The notes: generated from the sequence alone by a model not told the origin. 64,000 nt of DNA from Fimbriimonadales bacterium (GCA_041744215.1 JBGTLG010000041.1:32001-96000); one strand, 5' to 3'. Shown: positions 1 through 10,307, counted from the stretch's first letter. Numbers and translations are program-made.

Positions 1-633
1 GGCGATGACTGCTGGCATCACAAGCCAAGTGAAGACGACTAAAACGCCGGCCAGTTTGACTGATGAGGCCACGACGAAACCAAGCAAGCCGTAGTAGAGA
101 AAATCGAACGCTACGGCCTTCCAGCCCTGCGGCGCATCGTCAGTCGCCAGCGTGATGCGCGTTGTCCATTTCCAAATCGCAAGCACGGCGATTAAAATGA
201 CTGTGTAGATCTTTGCGGTCGATTCGACCTGCTGGGGGCTCACCAAGAGAATCCTGCCCTCCGAAAGGTTCTTTAGCTCCTCGAGTCCGTGGGGAGTTGC
301 AGTCAACACGATGATCCCCCATGCGCTCGCGGCCACAAAGACGATCCCGATGATGGCCTCGTGCGGAACTCTTGCGATCTTGCGTCGCGTCAGCGAAATG
401 AGAAGTGCTCCGCCGAGAGCGAAGAGGACGGCCGTGCGATGCGCCTCGAACGAGGTGGCTTCGTGTCCCTGCGCCATAGAGAACGCCATCCCGAGGGCAG
501 CGACCTGGGCGATTGCGAGATCAATGAAGATGAGTCCACGCCGCACGATGTGCAGCCCGAAAAGCGCATGAACCGGCGACATCACAAGCGAAGCGAGCGC
601 CGGGAGGCGAAAAAACTCTAAGAAGTCGGACAA
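1..633 (-). CDS. Metal (Zn/Mn) ABC transporter permease, truncated at window edge
   Basis: Manual translation from TTG at 633: MSDFLEFFRLPALASLVMSPVHALFGLHIVRRGLIFIDLAIAQVAALG..., hydrophobic ABC-3/ZnuB-like sequence, open to position 1; directly downstream of the substrate-binding gene. Confidence 0.85.
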   Translation of the reverse strand, partial: MSDFLEFFRLPALASLVMSPVHALFGLHIVRRGLIFIDLAIAQVAALGMAFSMAQGHEATSFEAHRTAVLFALGGALLISLTRRKIARVPHEAIIGIVFVAASAWGIIVLTATPHGLEELKNLSEGRILLVSPQQVESTAKIYTVILIAVLAIWKWTTRITLATDDAPQGWKAVAFDFLYYGLLGFVVASSVKLAGVLVVFTWLVMPAVIA

Positions 634-642
634 GTTGAGTGC

Positions 643-1647
643 CTATCTTAGCGCAGAGGAGACCGAATCTACGATCGTATCGATCAGTTTGAAGTAATCG
701 CTGGCCGCAGCGGTGTGGCCGACGCTGGCCGGAAGTACGAGCACTCTAGCTCCTGACCGCTGGGCGACGGCATTTGCCGCGCCGCGAGAGTAGAACGGCT
801 CTTGCAAGATGGCCTTCACGTCACGCTGCTTGGCGATTTCAACAACCGTAGACAGATGGCCGGGTGTCGGCTCAATGCCAGGTCTCGGCTCCAGTTCTGC
901 GGCAACGGACAACCCAAATCGGTTCGTAAAGTAGATCCAACTCCGGTGATAGGAGATGATGGATTGGCCCGCGAACGGAGCCATCTTCCCGGCCCACCCG
1001 GACAGCTGGCCCGTAGCGCTGTTCTCGCGAAGTTTGGCTTGGAGCTGACCTTGTTGGCTCCAGGCCCAGAGCGTCGATGTGCCGAACCGACCGACAAGGG
1101 CCTCCCCGAACATGGCCTTGTCAAGCTTGTCCAGGAACGCGCGGGCATTCTTCTCATACTCGGTAGCGTTGGCCGGATCAACCTTCGCCAAGGAGCCCCG
1201 GATGTTCCACGCAATCTGTCGGGCATTGTAGGGGTCCAGCCAAATGTGCGGGTTCCCGTGCGGGTGAACATCGCCGTCAGCACGCGAAACTGCCTCGCGT
1301 CGATCGAGGATGAAGCAACCAGCAGATGCGTACAAGTGACCTGGCTGGCCCACGGCAACACGCCGATTACGGCTTCCATCCAGGATTGGCCTTTCGTAAC
1401 CAATCTCAAGTTCGAGCCCGATAGCAATGAAGAGGCCAGCCCCAGCAACCCGGGACATATAGCTCGGCCTCGCCTCGATGAAATGGGGGTCCCGGGCACC
1501 GGTAACAATTGAGCTTACCGATACCCGAGAGCCACCAACCGCCTTAGCGATTGACGCCAAATCCTGCGTCGTAGTAACAACATTGACCGCGCTCCCGCTA
1601 GAGAGCGCGCCTAATGTCAGCAAACTTGCAATACAGGCGATTCGCAT
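643..1647 (-). CDS. Metal ABC transporter substrate-binding protein (ZnuA/TroA family)
   Basis: Signal peptide; DPH, NPHIWLDP and YH..W.YF motifs typical of cluster A-I metal-binding proteins. Confidence 0.9.
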   Translation of the reverse strand: MRIACIASLLTLGALSSGSAVNVVTTTQDLASIAKAVGGSRVSVSSIVTGARDPHFIEARPSYMSRVAGAGLFIAIGLELEIGYERPILDGSRNRRVAVGQPGHLYASAGCFILDRREAVSRADGDVHPHGNPHIWLDPYNARQIAWNIRGSLAKVDPANATEYEKNARAFLDKLDKAMFGEALVGRFGTSTLWAWSQQGQLQAKLRENSATGQLSGWAGKMAPFAGQSIISYHRSWIYFTNRFGLSVAAELEPRPGIEPTPGHLSTVVEIAKQRDVKAILQEPFYSRGAANAVAQRSGARVLVLPASVGHTAAASDYFKLIDTIVDSVSSALR

Positions 1648-1662
1648 TATTGAGTCTTCTCC

Positions 1663-2760
1663 TCAGTACTTGTGTGCAGGATGTGCTCCGATCAAGTACT
1701 GGAACTGAAATGTTAGAACGTTGCGAGGATCGTCGAAGTTACTGGTGATTCGTTGGAACTCCAGCCTGAGGACTTGGAACTCAGTCAGCTTGTAACTGAC
1801 ATTTGCGCCCCAAGCTTGTCTAAGATCAGACGTCCCAGGCATCTCGCTGTAATCGTATCTCGCCGTGATAAAGGTACGCGGCGCGACCTCATACGTGAAA
1901 GCGGCAAATGCTCCGAACGTCGAACTGAAGCCTGCTTCGTTCGAGTTGGCCCAGTAGGCCTCAGTTTCGAGCACCGCTGATCGGCCCTTCTGGCCTGGCT
2001 GCCACTTCATCGTGTAGTCAAGGCCGACCACCGTCGCCCGGTCTTCGTCCCTCGGCCCGAAAAGAAGCGAGCCACCTAGTTGAGCGGACATATCCTCGCT
2101 AAAGTCGAAAAAGGTCCGCAGTCGCGCGATTCCAACCGGCTTGTCGAGAGTTGAGTGGTCGAACAACGGCCCGTCTTCCGCCTGAACCGCCTCGAGAGAG
2201 AGCTCAAGGAACTGCTGCCCTGGGAACAGGTAGGAAACGTGGACGCCTGGTGCCCGGAGCCCGTGCTCGCCAAAGAGGTCTTGGATCACAAACGGGTAGT
2301 CGAGGAAGTTCAATTGATCGATGTGATTCCGCTGCAGCCTTCCCACCGCGCCTGCGAACTTGCCCATTTTGACTTGCCAGCCGCCACCGAGCCTGTTATA
2401 AACCGCGAAGGCCTCCTCGATTTCGATTTCATACTCGGCGTGATCTTCGCCCTTGCCTTTACCCTGCTTCTTATGTCCGTGATCATCGGTATGCTGATGG
2501 ATACCGATGTAGGCTTCGGCCCTGAGGAACGGATCTACGTCGGCAGCGAACCCAAGCTCAAGTTCGTTCAGATTCCAGACCTTCTCTCCATGATTGTCAA
2601 CCAGAATTCCCCTGAAGTCGGTTACCAGGGATATCTGCGGATTGAAGACGTTCTTGGCGGGGGTCGGCGGTTGTTCGTCTTGCAGTGCGAGCGGTGCCGT
2701 CGTGCCTGAGCCAAAGGCTACGGCCGCCGCTGCCGCGATGGATTGAATGGGTACGCCCAT
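1663..2760 (-). CDS. Putative outer-membrane beta-barrel protein with His-rich loop, first gene of the metal-uptake operon
   Basis: Signal peptide, alternating beta-strand pattern, HQHTDDHGHKK insert, C-terminal GAHPAHKY; SD AGGAGG upstream. Confidence 0.65.
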   Translation of the reverse strand: MGVPIQSIAAAAAVAFGSGTTAPLALQDEQPPTPAKNVFNPQISLVTDFRGILVDNHGEKVWNLNELELGFAADVDPFLRAEAYIGIHQHTDDHGHKKQGKGKGEDHAEYEIEIEEAFAVYNRLGGGWQVKMGKFAGAVGRLQRNHIDQLNFLDYPFVIQDLFGEHGLRAPGVHVSYLFPGQQFLELSLEAVQAEDGPLFDHSTLDKPVGIARLRTFFDFSEDMSAQLGGSLLFGPRDEDRATVVGLDYTMKWQPGQKGRSAVLETEAYWANSNEAGFSSTFGAFAAFTYEVAPRTFITARYDYSEMPGTSDLRQAWGANVSYKLTEFQVLRLEFQRITSNFDDPRNVLTFQFQYLIGAHPAHKY

Positions 2761-2787
2761 TTGGTTGATGTCCTCCTATCAGAAATT

Positions 2788-2856
2788 TATTGCAATGCTA
2801 TTGAATTAGCTGGAGGGCAGTATATCCCTACAAAGCCACAATAAGCAAGTTTGCTT
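2788..2856 (-). promoter_or_regulatory. sigma70-like promoter plus candidate metalloregulator operator
   Basis: Minus strand TTGCTT (2848-2843)-N18-TATACT (2824-2819); imperfect AT-rich palindrome TAATTCAATAGCATTGCAATA (2808-2788) between the -10 and the SD; second inverted repeat AAGCAA-GT-TTGCTT over the -35. Confidence 0.5.
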
Positions 2857-2867
2857 CAATAACGCGA

Positions 2868-3899
2868 TTAGCCGGAGATTTCGAAGACCACCTTCCCGGT
2901 CTTACCTTCCGCCATCAGCTCCATCGCGGCGTTGAAATCGCTGTAGGGAAATCGGTGGGTAATCACTGGAAGGATATCCAGCGTTCCCGCGGCAAGCATT
3001 CCGCCCATCTGGTCCCACGTCTCCCAGATCCTCCTCCCGACGATGCACTGGACGTCGAGCCCCTTGAAGATCGCGTCATTCAGGGCGACAGGCATTTTTG
3101 GCTCTGGGAACAGTCCGAGGAGGCTAACTCTGCCGCCTGGTCGAGTCGCCCTTATCGCGAGGTCGAGAGCGCTCGGATGCCCCGACATTTCGAGGGCTCC
3201 GTCAACGCCGCCGGGATAGGCTGCAGACAGAACCGCCTCAGCGTCGTCTTTCGTAGGGTCGATCACGAGATCCGCCCCCATTTTCCTCGCCATCTCCAGT
3301 CGATAATCGCTCACTTCAGTAACTGCCACCGAGTTCGCACCGAGAGCCCTGCAAACACCCACAGCAAACAACCCGATTGGGCCCATTCCTGTGATGAGAA
3401 TGTCTTGGCCAGTGACAGGTCCGGCCATTACAGAGTGCACGGCGTTGCCCAGCGGGTCCTGGACGCATGCGATGTCTAACGGAACTGAATCCGGAACCTT
3501 GCGTGCGTTTTGCCATGGGATTACCGCCCAGGGCGCGAATCCGCCATCGACGTCTACTCCCAAAATCCTTGTGTTTACGCAGACGTGACCTTGCCCGTTC
3601 ATACACTGCTTACACATGCCACAGACGATGTGAGACTCGCTCGCCACTACATCTCCTGGCTGTAGCTCGGTGACATCGTCCGCGACTTCCTCGACGATGC
3701 CGCTAAACTCGTGGCCGATGATTCGCGGCGGAAGGACGCGGGATGCAGCCCAAGTATCCCACGCGAAGATGTGGAGGTCAGTGCCGCAGACGCTGCCATA
3801 CTTCACGCGCATCCTAACATGGCCAGGCTTGAGTAACGGTTCCGGCACTTCGATGAAGTCAGCGCCTGGCTCTGCCCGCACCTTAACTATCGCTTTCAC
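2868..3899 (-). CDS. tdh: L-threonine 3-dehydrogenase
   Basis: Zn-dependent MDR motifs CGTDLHI, GHEFSG, ESHIVCGMCKQC, DPLGNAVH, GMGPIG, LEMSG. Confidence 0.9.
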   Translation of the reverse strand: MKAIVKVRAEPGADFIEVPEPLLKPGHVRMRVKYGSVCGTDLHIFAWDTWAASRVLPPRIIGHEFSGIVEEVADDVTELQPGDVVASESHIVCGMCKQCMNGQGHVCVNTRILGVDVDGGFAPWAVIPWQNARKVPDSVPLDIACVQDPLGNAVHSVMAGPVTGQDILITGMGPIGLFAVGVCRALGANSVAVTEVSDYRLEMARKMGADLVIDPTKDDAEAVLSAAYPGGVDGALEMSGHPSALDLAIRATRPGGRVSLLGLFPEPKMPVALNDAIFKGLDVQCIVGRRIWETWDQMGGMLAAGTLDILPVITHRFPYSDFNAAMELMAEGKTGKVVFEISG

Positions 3900-3900
3900 G

Positions 3901-4569
3901 CTATTTCGCTGCCCAAAGAAGTCCGCGCTTCATGATAGTTCGAACCGGCTCTGCTTCAACAATACTTCGCTGATGACCGAGTGAGCAATAGAAAACCGAT
4001 CCAGCGCCCCATCTCTTCGTCCAGACAACCGGAACGTCGACGGGCCCATTCGGTATGTGAGGGCCGCCAATTCCTTCTGTCGGAAACCTCGTGGTGGCTA
4101 AGACGTTGACGGCGGGATCGACGTGCATGTAGTACTGCTCGCTCTCGACCTCGAAGTCCTCGATGCCTCGCATCACCGGATGGTCGCGATTGACGACGTT
4201 TACTGTGTAACGGACCCCGTCGTTCCCTGGGTGTGCGACCCACTGTCCACCCGTCATGAACTGCCACTCCGTCGATTCCCTGAAACTGTCGCACATTCCA
4301 CCATGACACCCAGCGAGACCTACTCCCGACTCGACTGCCTTAAGCACTGGGCTCAACTGCTCGCCTTCGATCCGTCCCATAGTCCAAACCGGCACGATCA
4401 GATTGGTGGCCGCGAGGCATCCAGCATCTCTGAATGAACCAAGGCTGTCGCTGACCTCAACCTCCCAACCTTCTTCGCACAGAAGGTCTCTGAACAACTG
4501 GGCGACGAGGTCGGGCTGATGGCCATCCCAGCCGCCCCATACGATTAGTGCTCGCTTCGCGTCTGGCAT
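3901..4569 (-). CDS. ThuA-like domain protein
   Basis: ALIVWGGWDGHQP, GGQWVAHPG, SEQYYMH and FYCSLGH motifs. Confidence 0.85.
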   Translation of the reverse strand: MPDAKRALIVWGGWDGHQPDLVAQLFRDLLCEEGWEVEVSDSLGSFRDAGCLAATNLIVPVWTMGRIEGEQLSPVLKAVESGVGLAGCHGGMCDSFRESTEWQFMTGGQWVAHPGNDGVRYTVNVVNRDHPVMRGIEDFEVESEQYYMHVDPAVNVLATTRFPTEGIGGPHIPNGPVDVPVVWTKRWGAGSVFYCSLGHQRSIVEAEPVRTIMKRGLLWAAK

Positions 4570-4590
4570 GGGCGCGCATTGTACCGGCCC

Positions 4591-5832
4591 CTACAGGAGT
4601 GACTTCAATTCGAGCACGTCGAAGGAAGGATTCGAAAGTCTCTCTCGCAGAGCCCCGGCATCCGTTCGCGATTTCACGAGTTCCTCGAAGAGGTCGTTTA
4701 TGGGGTCTTGCTGTTTGTATTCCCTTCTGATGTCGCTACCACCTGCGAATGTTCCGTTTTCAAAGAGAAACAGCTCCGTCAGGACAGGTCCCGTCGGGTC
4801 TCCGAGAACGAACGACTCCTTTGCAAACTCCGGATATCCCCTTTGGATGTAGGAAAGCTCGCCCACGTCGCTAAAGAAATAGGGAACTCCAATGTAATCT
4901 GCGTATTGGCCCGCCATGCACTTGCCAGCGTGCGCTCCGGTCGCCTTGGCGTGGAGATGGTGCTCGGCTTGATAGGTCGAACCCAGAATGTTGTCGTCAA
5001 ACTCGCAGACATCGCCAGCAGCCCAGATTGATGGATCCGCGGTGCGGAGTTTCGAATCGGCACGAACACCTCGTGACCCTATCGGCAGCCCACACTCTTT
5101 CGCAAGTTGCGTGCAAGGATCGTCACCAATGCCGGCAACGACGAAGTCGCACTCGATAACGCTTGCATCGTCGAGAATGACTCGATCGCTCTCGACGGCC
5201 GCGACTTCACGCCCGGTGCGAATCTCGGCACCGAGCGACGCTAACTCTCTTTGGATTGCTGCGGCGGCAGCTTTCGCGGGCACGTGTGGCCACAAGTTTT
5301 GCTGCTTTTCGATAATCGTGACAGAGAGGCCTTTCGCGAGCATCGTCGCGGCAACCTCTGCGCCGATCCAGCCGGCACCTACAATGCAGACTTTCTTTGC
5401 CGAGTTTGACCTTTCGCGAATCGCAACGCCATCTGCAGCGGATCGCAACAGCATGGCGAGTTCGGCGCCAGGGACGGATAGCGAGATGGGCTCCGCGCCG
5501 AGAGCGTACAGCAGCTTTCCGTATGCAATTTGATCGTGACCTTGGGCGGCCATCTTCTTTGATTCACGGTCGATTTTTGTGACACGTGTGTTGAGGATCA
5601 GCTCGATATTGTTTTCGGGATAAAAGGACTCGTCTTTGCTATGCGCGTCGCTCGGGGTCATCGACTCGTTCTTCAGAAAGCCTTTTGAGAATGGAGGCCT
5701 GTCGTAGGGCGGTTCACTGTCGGCACTTACGATCGCAATCGAGCCGGATTTGTCAATCTCGCGTATTGCTGCGGCACAGTACCCACAACACGTTCCGCCC
5801 CCCAGGAGCACGTAGTCAAATTCTCTATTCAT
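4591..5832 (-). CDS. FAD/NAD(P)-dependent oxidoreductase (ferredoxin reductase-like)
   Basis: PYDRPPFSK, GAGWIGAE, IWAAGD and PYFFSD motifs. Confidence 0.85.
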   Translation of the reverse strand: MNREFDYVLLGGGTCCGYCAAAIREIDKSGSIAIVSADSEPPYDRPPFSKGFLKNESMTPSDAHSKDESFYPENNIELILNTRVTKIDRESKKMAAQGHDQIAYGKLLYALGAEPISLSVPGAELAMLLRSAADGVAIRERSNSAKKVCIVGAGWIGAEVAATMLAKGLSVTIIEKQQNLWPHVPAKAAAAAIQRELASLGAEIRTGREVAAVESDRVILDDASVIECDFVVAGIGDDPCTQLAKECGLPIGSRGVRADSKLRTADPSIWAAGDVCEFDDNILGSTYQAEHHLHAKATGAHAGKCMAGQYADYIGVPYFFSDVGELSYIQRGYPEFAKESFVLGDPTGPVLTELFLFENGTFAGGSDIRREYKQQDPINDLFEELVKSRTDAGALRERLSNPSFDVLELKSLL

Positions 5833-5852
5833 TTTTCTTGCATTCTATCGCA

Positions 5853-7004
5853 TCATGCGCTGGCAAGTTTTAGTTCACGATCCAGATCTTCCAGCAAGTC
5901 TCCGACGTTTTCCAAACCGACCGACATCCGCACGAACCACCGATCTCCCCTGTTCGGATCGCAAAGGGGTATTGCCAAACTCTCATGTCCGCCCCAGCTG
6001 ACTCCAATCTGAAACAAGCGAAGACCCTCGCAGAAAGCGTACACCTTTTCCCTAGATTGAAAAGTGGGCTCGAACGAGATCATTCCACTTGTGCCCCTCA
6101 TCTGCTTTTCTACGAGATCGTGTCCTGGATGCGAAGGTAACCCTGCGTAGTAAACATGCGAAACTGCTGCGTGATTATCCAGGAACTCCGCAACACTCTT
6201 CGCGCTTTGCTGAATTCGCTCCATTCGAATCGCGAGCGTTCGAAGCGATCGAATCAGTAGCCAGCTTGCAAACGGATCCGCGTTTCCGCCAAGCAGGGCG
6301 CCCTCGTTTTCGAGCAGTCGGGACATCCTCTCTTCCGACCCGCAAACTGCGCCGAGGACTATATCGCTGTGGCCTCCGAGATACTTTGTCGCGGTGTGAG
6401 CAACAAGGTCGATTCCGAAGTCGGCTGGATTTTGAAAGTAAGGAGAAGCGTTCGAGTTGTCGATGATCGTTGAGATCCCTCGGGACTTCGCGATACTTGC
6501 GATTGCACCGATGTCTTGGATATGAAAGTAAAACGACCCTGGGGACTCAAGATAGATCAACGTCGTGTTTTCTCGTATGGCATCCTCGATAACGTTTGTA
6601 TCTCGACCGTCGACGAAGCTGGTTTCAACCCCGAACCTGGGCATGTATTCGCGCAAGAACTGCAACGTCGGGCCATAGGCAGCGTCCGTGCAAACCACAT
6701 GCGACCCAGCTTTTGTGCACGACATAATCGCTGCCGATATCGCGGCCATTCCGCTTGAGAAGAGTCGACACTTCTCCGTTTTTTCAAGCGCAGCAATCTT
6801 TTTTTCCGCTACGTCCGTAGTCGGGTTGTTGATTCGCGTGTAATCGAAGACCCTCCGATCCTTGGTTCGATCGATGAATGAGTCAGCCGTTTCGAACACA
6901 AAGAGCGAGTTTTGGAAGATAGGAGGCACTACTGCGCCTTCAAAACGATAGTCCTCTCCAAGGTGTTGGCAGATGGTCTCGAAGGACCAGTTTTCATCGT
7001 TCAA
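5853..7004 (-). CDS. PLP-dependent trans-sulfuration enzyme (cystathionine gamma-synthase/lyase family)
   Basis: YTRINNPT, SSGMAAI, TATKYLGGHSD, VSWGGHESL, RMSVGLE. Confidence 0.9.
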   Translation of the reverse strand: MNDENWSFETICQHLGEDYRFEGAVVPPIFQNSLFVFETADSFIDRTKDRRVFDYTRINNPTTDVAEKKIAALEKTEKCRLFSSGMAAISAAIMSCTKAGSHVVCTDAAYGPTLQFLREYMPRFGVETSFVDGRDTNVIEDAIRENTTLIYLESPGSFYFHIQDIGAIASIAKSRGISTIIDNSNASPYFQNPADFGIDLVAHTATKYLGGHSDIVLGAVCGSEERMSRLLENEGALLGGNADPFASWLLIRSLRTLAIRMERIQQSAKSVAEFLDNHAAVSHVYYAGLPSHPGHDLVEKQMRGTSGMISFEPTFQSREKVYAFCEGLRLFQIGVSWGGHESLAIPLCDPNRGDRWFVRMSVGLENVGDLLEDLDRELKLASA

Positions 7005-7900
7005 GAAAGATTCTCCATCATAAAGTCGAAGTTGATTTTTACCATTCCCGGGTCCCAGTCATGACCACCCTGATACTCCACGAGTGTTTTCTTTGAGGGA
7101 ATTGCGTCGTATGCTGCCTTTACGTTTGCAGGCTTGCATGCTGGGTCCTTCACGCCATAGCTTACAAGTGTCGGAACTTTGACGCGAGTGGACTGATTAA
7201 CTGTGTCGAAGTACGCGAGCGTGTAGAGTACACGCTCCATTCCGAGAGGCACGGTTTCTGCAAAGTCTGTCACTTCTTTCAGAGGATATCGATAAATAGG
7301 CTTCGAAAAAGTCTCCTGCATTCCGCAAAGGAACGGCATATCTGCGCAGACTACTTTCACATGAGGAGAATGCGCGCCCGCCCAGATTGCCATTCCTGCT
7401 CCTTGGGACATTCCGCAGACGGCCAATCGATCCTCGTCGGCCTCTAATTGCGAGCGCAGAACGCGCGCCGCTATGAAAACATTCTGCGCCATTCGCTTGA
7501 ACACGCAGGTGTTTGGATCGAGGATTCCGTCCGCGAAGTATCCGCGATGGGGCTGGTAGGTTTCCTGGTGGAAAGCGTCGTGGCCGAAGAAGTTGAACGA
7601 GAGGCTGACGAATCCTTCGCGCGTGGTGTAGCTGTTTGGCAGATTACTCTCGCGGCCATAAGGTGGGACCCAAACGAAGCATCTCGCTTTGCCTAATCGT
7701 TTTTTTGGCAGCGCCAGCCAGCCGCTGAGTCTGCTCCCTTCGATGCTGCGAAACGAGATCAGCTCGATTTCATGCGTTTCGAGAGAGAATTGGGCTTGCT
7801 TTTGCCTTGCGTAGTCAAGTGGTGACACATTCGCCCGATCAAACGCTTCTTTCCAGAATGCGTCGAAATCTTCTGGGATTTCTGGTGCGAAGTTGTTCAC
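7001..7900 (-). CDS. Acetyl xylan esterase / cephalosporin-C deacetylase family (CE7) hydrolase
   Basis: PEDFDAFW N-terminus, GMSQGAG nucleophile motif, D/H triad candidates. Confidence 0.85.
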   Translation of the reverse strand: MNNFAPEIPEDFDAFWKEAFDRANVSPLDYARQKQAQFSLETHEIELISFRSIEGSRLSGWLALPKKRLGKARCFVWVPPYGRESNLPNSYTTREGFVSLSFNFFGHDAFHQETYQPHRGYFADGILDPNTCVFKRMAQNVFIAARVLRSQLEADEDRLAVCGMSQGAGMAIWAGAHSPHVKVVCADMPFLCGMQETFSKPIYRYPLKEVTDFAETVPLGMERVLYTLAYFDTVNQSTRVKVPTLVSYGVKDPACKPANVKAAYDAIPSKKTLVEYQGGHDWDPGMVKINFDFMMENLS

Positions 7901-8136
7901 GCCCCGACCGATCGCTGCAAAGGATCGACGTGCATACCCGTCGTGTGGAGCCAGGCGGTAGCGCGCTGGACCTCTTCGATCGGTCCGTCCAGCAAGATCT
8001 GCATCCAGCCAAAGTCGGTATCGACGTTCGCTTTTAGGATCGTCACTTTGAGGTTGAAGTCGCGGCTAAGCCTCCAGATCCATGGTTCTCCGACCTGATT
8101 CTTGTCGGCAGAAAGGTTCATTACTACTTGGGTCAA
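7897..8136 (-). CDS. NIL domain protein
   Basis: 79 aa; EPWIWRLSRDFNLKVTILKANV...GWMQILLDG pattern; SD GGAGG before TTG. Confidence 0.75.
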   Translation of the reverse strand: MTQVVMNLSADKNQVGEPWIWRLSRDFNLKVTILKANVDTDFGWMQILLDGPIEEVQRATAWLHTTGMHVDPLQRSVGA

Positions 8137-8230
8137 GCGCTATCCTCCGAAGCTGCCGGGCGAAGGGCACCCAGCCTAGTTGCGAGTTTACCGGACTGTG
8201 GAGCAAGAGCCAAACGAACGCACGCGGAGG

Positions 8231-8836
8231 TCAGCGAAGAACGCTGTTTCTTATGACCTTGCCTGCTTGGTCCACTTCATAAACGTAGGGCACGCCGGTG
8301 TCGAGATTGAGCTCTACGACTTGCTCCCTGTTCAGCGATTCGAGGATCATTACGATCGAGCGGTTGCTGTTTCCATGCGCGACGACAAGCGCGTTTTTGC
8401 CTTGAGCTATATCCCCGAGGATGCACCTTTCAAAGAACGGGACCGTGCGTGCGGCGGTGTCTTTTAGGCTTTCACCGTTGGGTGGTGGTACGTCGTAGCT
8501 CCTGCGCCAGATGTGCACCTGCTCGGCGCCATACTTTTGACGCATCGCTTCTTTGTTGAGCCCTTGCAAGTCGCCGTACATTCGCTCGTTAAGCGCGGGA
8601 TCGCGGATGATTGGAATGCTCGAATTCATCTCTTCGAGCATGATGTCGAGCGTCTTTTGCGCGCGCGTCAGGGCGCTGGTGTAGGCGACTTGGAAATCAT
8701 AGTCTTTGAGCAGCCTGCCGGCTTTCCGTGCTTCTCCTTCGCCCTTTTCGCTTAGTGGGACATCCACCCAACCCGTAAACCGGTCTTCGGCGTTCCAAAT
8801 CGACTGGCCGTGGCGGACAAGGACGAGGAGGGGCAT
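8231..8836 (-). CDS. gpmA: 2,3-bisphosphoglycerate-dependent phosphoglycerate mutase
   Basis: LVRHGQS.WN...RFTGWVD, LNERMYGDLQG, WRRSYD, AHGNS. Confidence 0.93.
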   Translation of the reverse strand: MPLLVLVRHGQSIWNAEDRFTGWVDVPLSEKGEGEARKAGRLLKDYDFQVAYTSALTRAQKTLDIMLEEMNSSIPIIRDPALNERMYGDLQGLNKEAMRQKYGAEQVHIWRRSYDVPPPNGESLKDTAARTVPFFERCILGDIAQGKNALVVAHGNSNRSIVMILESLNREQVVELNLDTGVPYVYEVDQAGKVIRNSVLR

Positions 8837-8846
8837 GGCAGTGAGT

Positions 8847-10238
8847 TTACTCGTCGAGCAATCCTCTCGCTTCCTCCAACTGCCTTTTCATCGCCTCCGT
8901 CCCCGGTCCGCCGACGACATCCCTCGACCTGATGCTCCCCGCCGCGTCCACGACTTGCAAAACCGAGTCTGGAATCCCAAGCCCGATCTCCGAAAAACGC
9001 GCTTCGTTCAGATCCATCAAACTCCAACCACGCTTTTCGCATTCGCGCACCAGTTTCCCCGCCAATTCATGCGCTGTGCGAAACGGCATTCCCGACGCGG
9101 CGAGCGCATCGGCGACCGCGGTTGCGGTCGAGAAACTTTGTCCCGCCGTTGCTTTCATTCGATCCGTGTCGAATGTCGCCGTCTCGATCATGCCCGCGCA
9201 CAATGCAAGCGAATCGAGGCATAAGCTCACGGCGTCGAAGAGCGGCGGTTTGTCTTCTTGCTGGTCGCGGTTGTATCCCAACGGAAGCGCTTTCATCATC
9301 GTTTGAAATGCGATCCAATGTCCATAGACCCGCCCGGTTCTTCCACGTATCAGCTCAGCGAAGTCGGGGTTGCGCTTTTGCGGCATGATGCTGCTCCCTG
9401 TCGAGAACGCGTCATCGAGTCGCATAAAGCCGTACTCCGCGCTGCTCCACATCGTGATCTCTTGTGACAGGCGCGAGAGGTGTTGCATGATCATCGCGCA
9501 CGCGTGCAGCGCATCGCCGATGAAGTCGCGGTCACTCGTGGCGTCGAGTGCGTTCTGTGATGGGCGCGCGAATCCTAGATCATTCGCAGTCATCTCTCTG
9601 TCGACAGGAAACGGAGTTCCAGCGAGAGCAGCCGAACCGAGGGGACATTCCTCGCACCCTTTCTCCACAAAGTCCAAACGAAGAACATCTCGCTGCAGCA
9701 TCCAGAAGTGAGCGAGCAGGTGGAAGCCGAATGTGATCGGCTGCGCGCGCTGCATGTGCGTGTATCCAGGCATCGGATCGTGCTGGTGTTTTTCGGCAAG
9801 ATGCAAGACGACAGTTTGTAGCCTCTTGATGTCGCTGCGAAGCTCTTCGCACTTTCTGCGCAGCCAAAGCCGAGACACTGTCGCGATTTGATCATTGCGG
9901 CTTCTTCCCGTGTGCAGTTTCCCCGCGACATCACCGATTCTCTCAAAGAGAATGGACTCGATTGCGCCGTGGATGTCCTCTGCGTCGGGCGGCAGTTCGA
10001 GCGAACCAATCTCCATCTCTGCGCGAATCTTCTCCAGTTCGGAAACGAGCGCATCTGCTTCCGGTACGATCCCCGTCGCGCCGAGCATCCTCGCGTGGGC
10101 GATGGAAACGTCGAGCTCCTCTCGCCAAAGAACTGCGTCGGTCTCGATAGATTGACCGAATCTCCATGCCAGCTTATCCGGCGATTTGTCGAACGCTCCG
10201 CCCCAAGTTTTCTTCATACGTCGTAACGCAGCCTGCAC
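8847..10238 (-). CDS. argH: Argininosuccinate lyase (start may be ATG at 10217)
   Basis: HTGRSRNDQ, PGYTHMQRAQP, GSSIMPQKRNPD. Confidence 0.95.
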   Translation of the reverse strand: MQAALRRMKKTWGGAFDKSPDKLAWRFGQSIETDAVLWREELDVSIAHARMLGATGIVPEADALVSELEKIRAEMEIGSLELPPDAEDIHGAIESILFERIGDVAGKLHTGRSRNDQIATVSRLWLRRKCEELRSDIKRLQTVVLHLAEKHQHDPMPGYTHMQRAQPITFGFHLLAHFWMLQRDVLRLDFVEKGCEECPLGSAALAGTPFPVDREMTANDLGFARPSQNALDATSDRDFIGDALHACAMIMQHLSRLSQEITMWSSAEYGFMRLDDAFSTGSSIMPQKRNPDFAELIRGRTGRVYGHWIAFQTMMKALPLGYNRDQQEDKPPLFDAVSLCLDSLALCAGMIETATFDTDRMKATAGQSFSTATAVADALAASGMPFRTAHELAGKLVRECEKRGWSLMDLNEARFSEIGLGIPDSVLQVVDAAGSIRSRDVVGGPGTEAMKRQLEEARGLLDE

Positions 10239-10307
10239 TCAGAATCTACCTGCTAATCGCCCTTCGCAACCCGGAAACGTGCCGACGATCTCGATTTTTT
10301 CAGGACA

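Noticed and set aside
8137-8195. SAM riboswitch ahead of the NIL-esterase-trans-sulfuration genes
   Set aside because: Only ~45 nt with one small hairpin follows the TAAACT -10, and it shows no SAM-I/II/III/SAH consensus.
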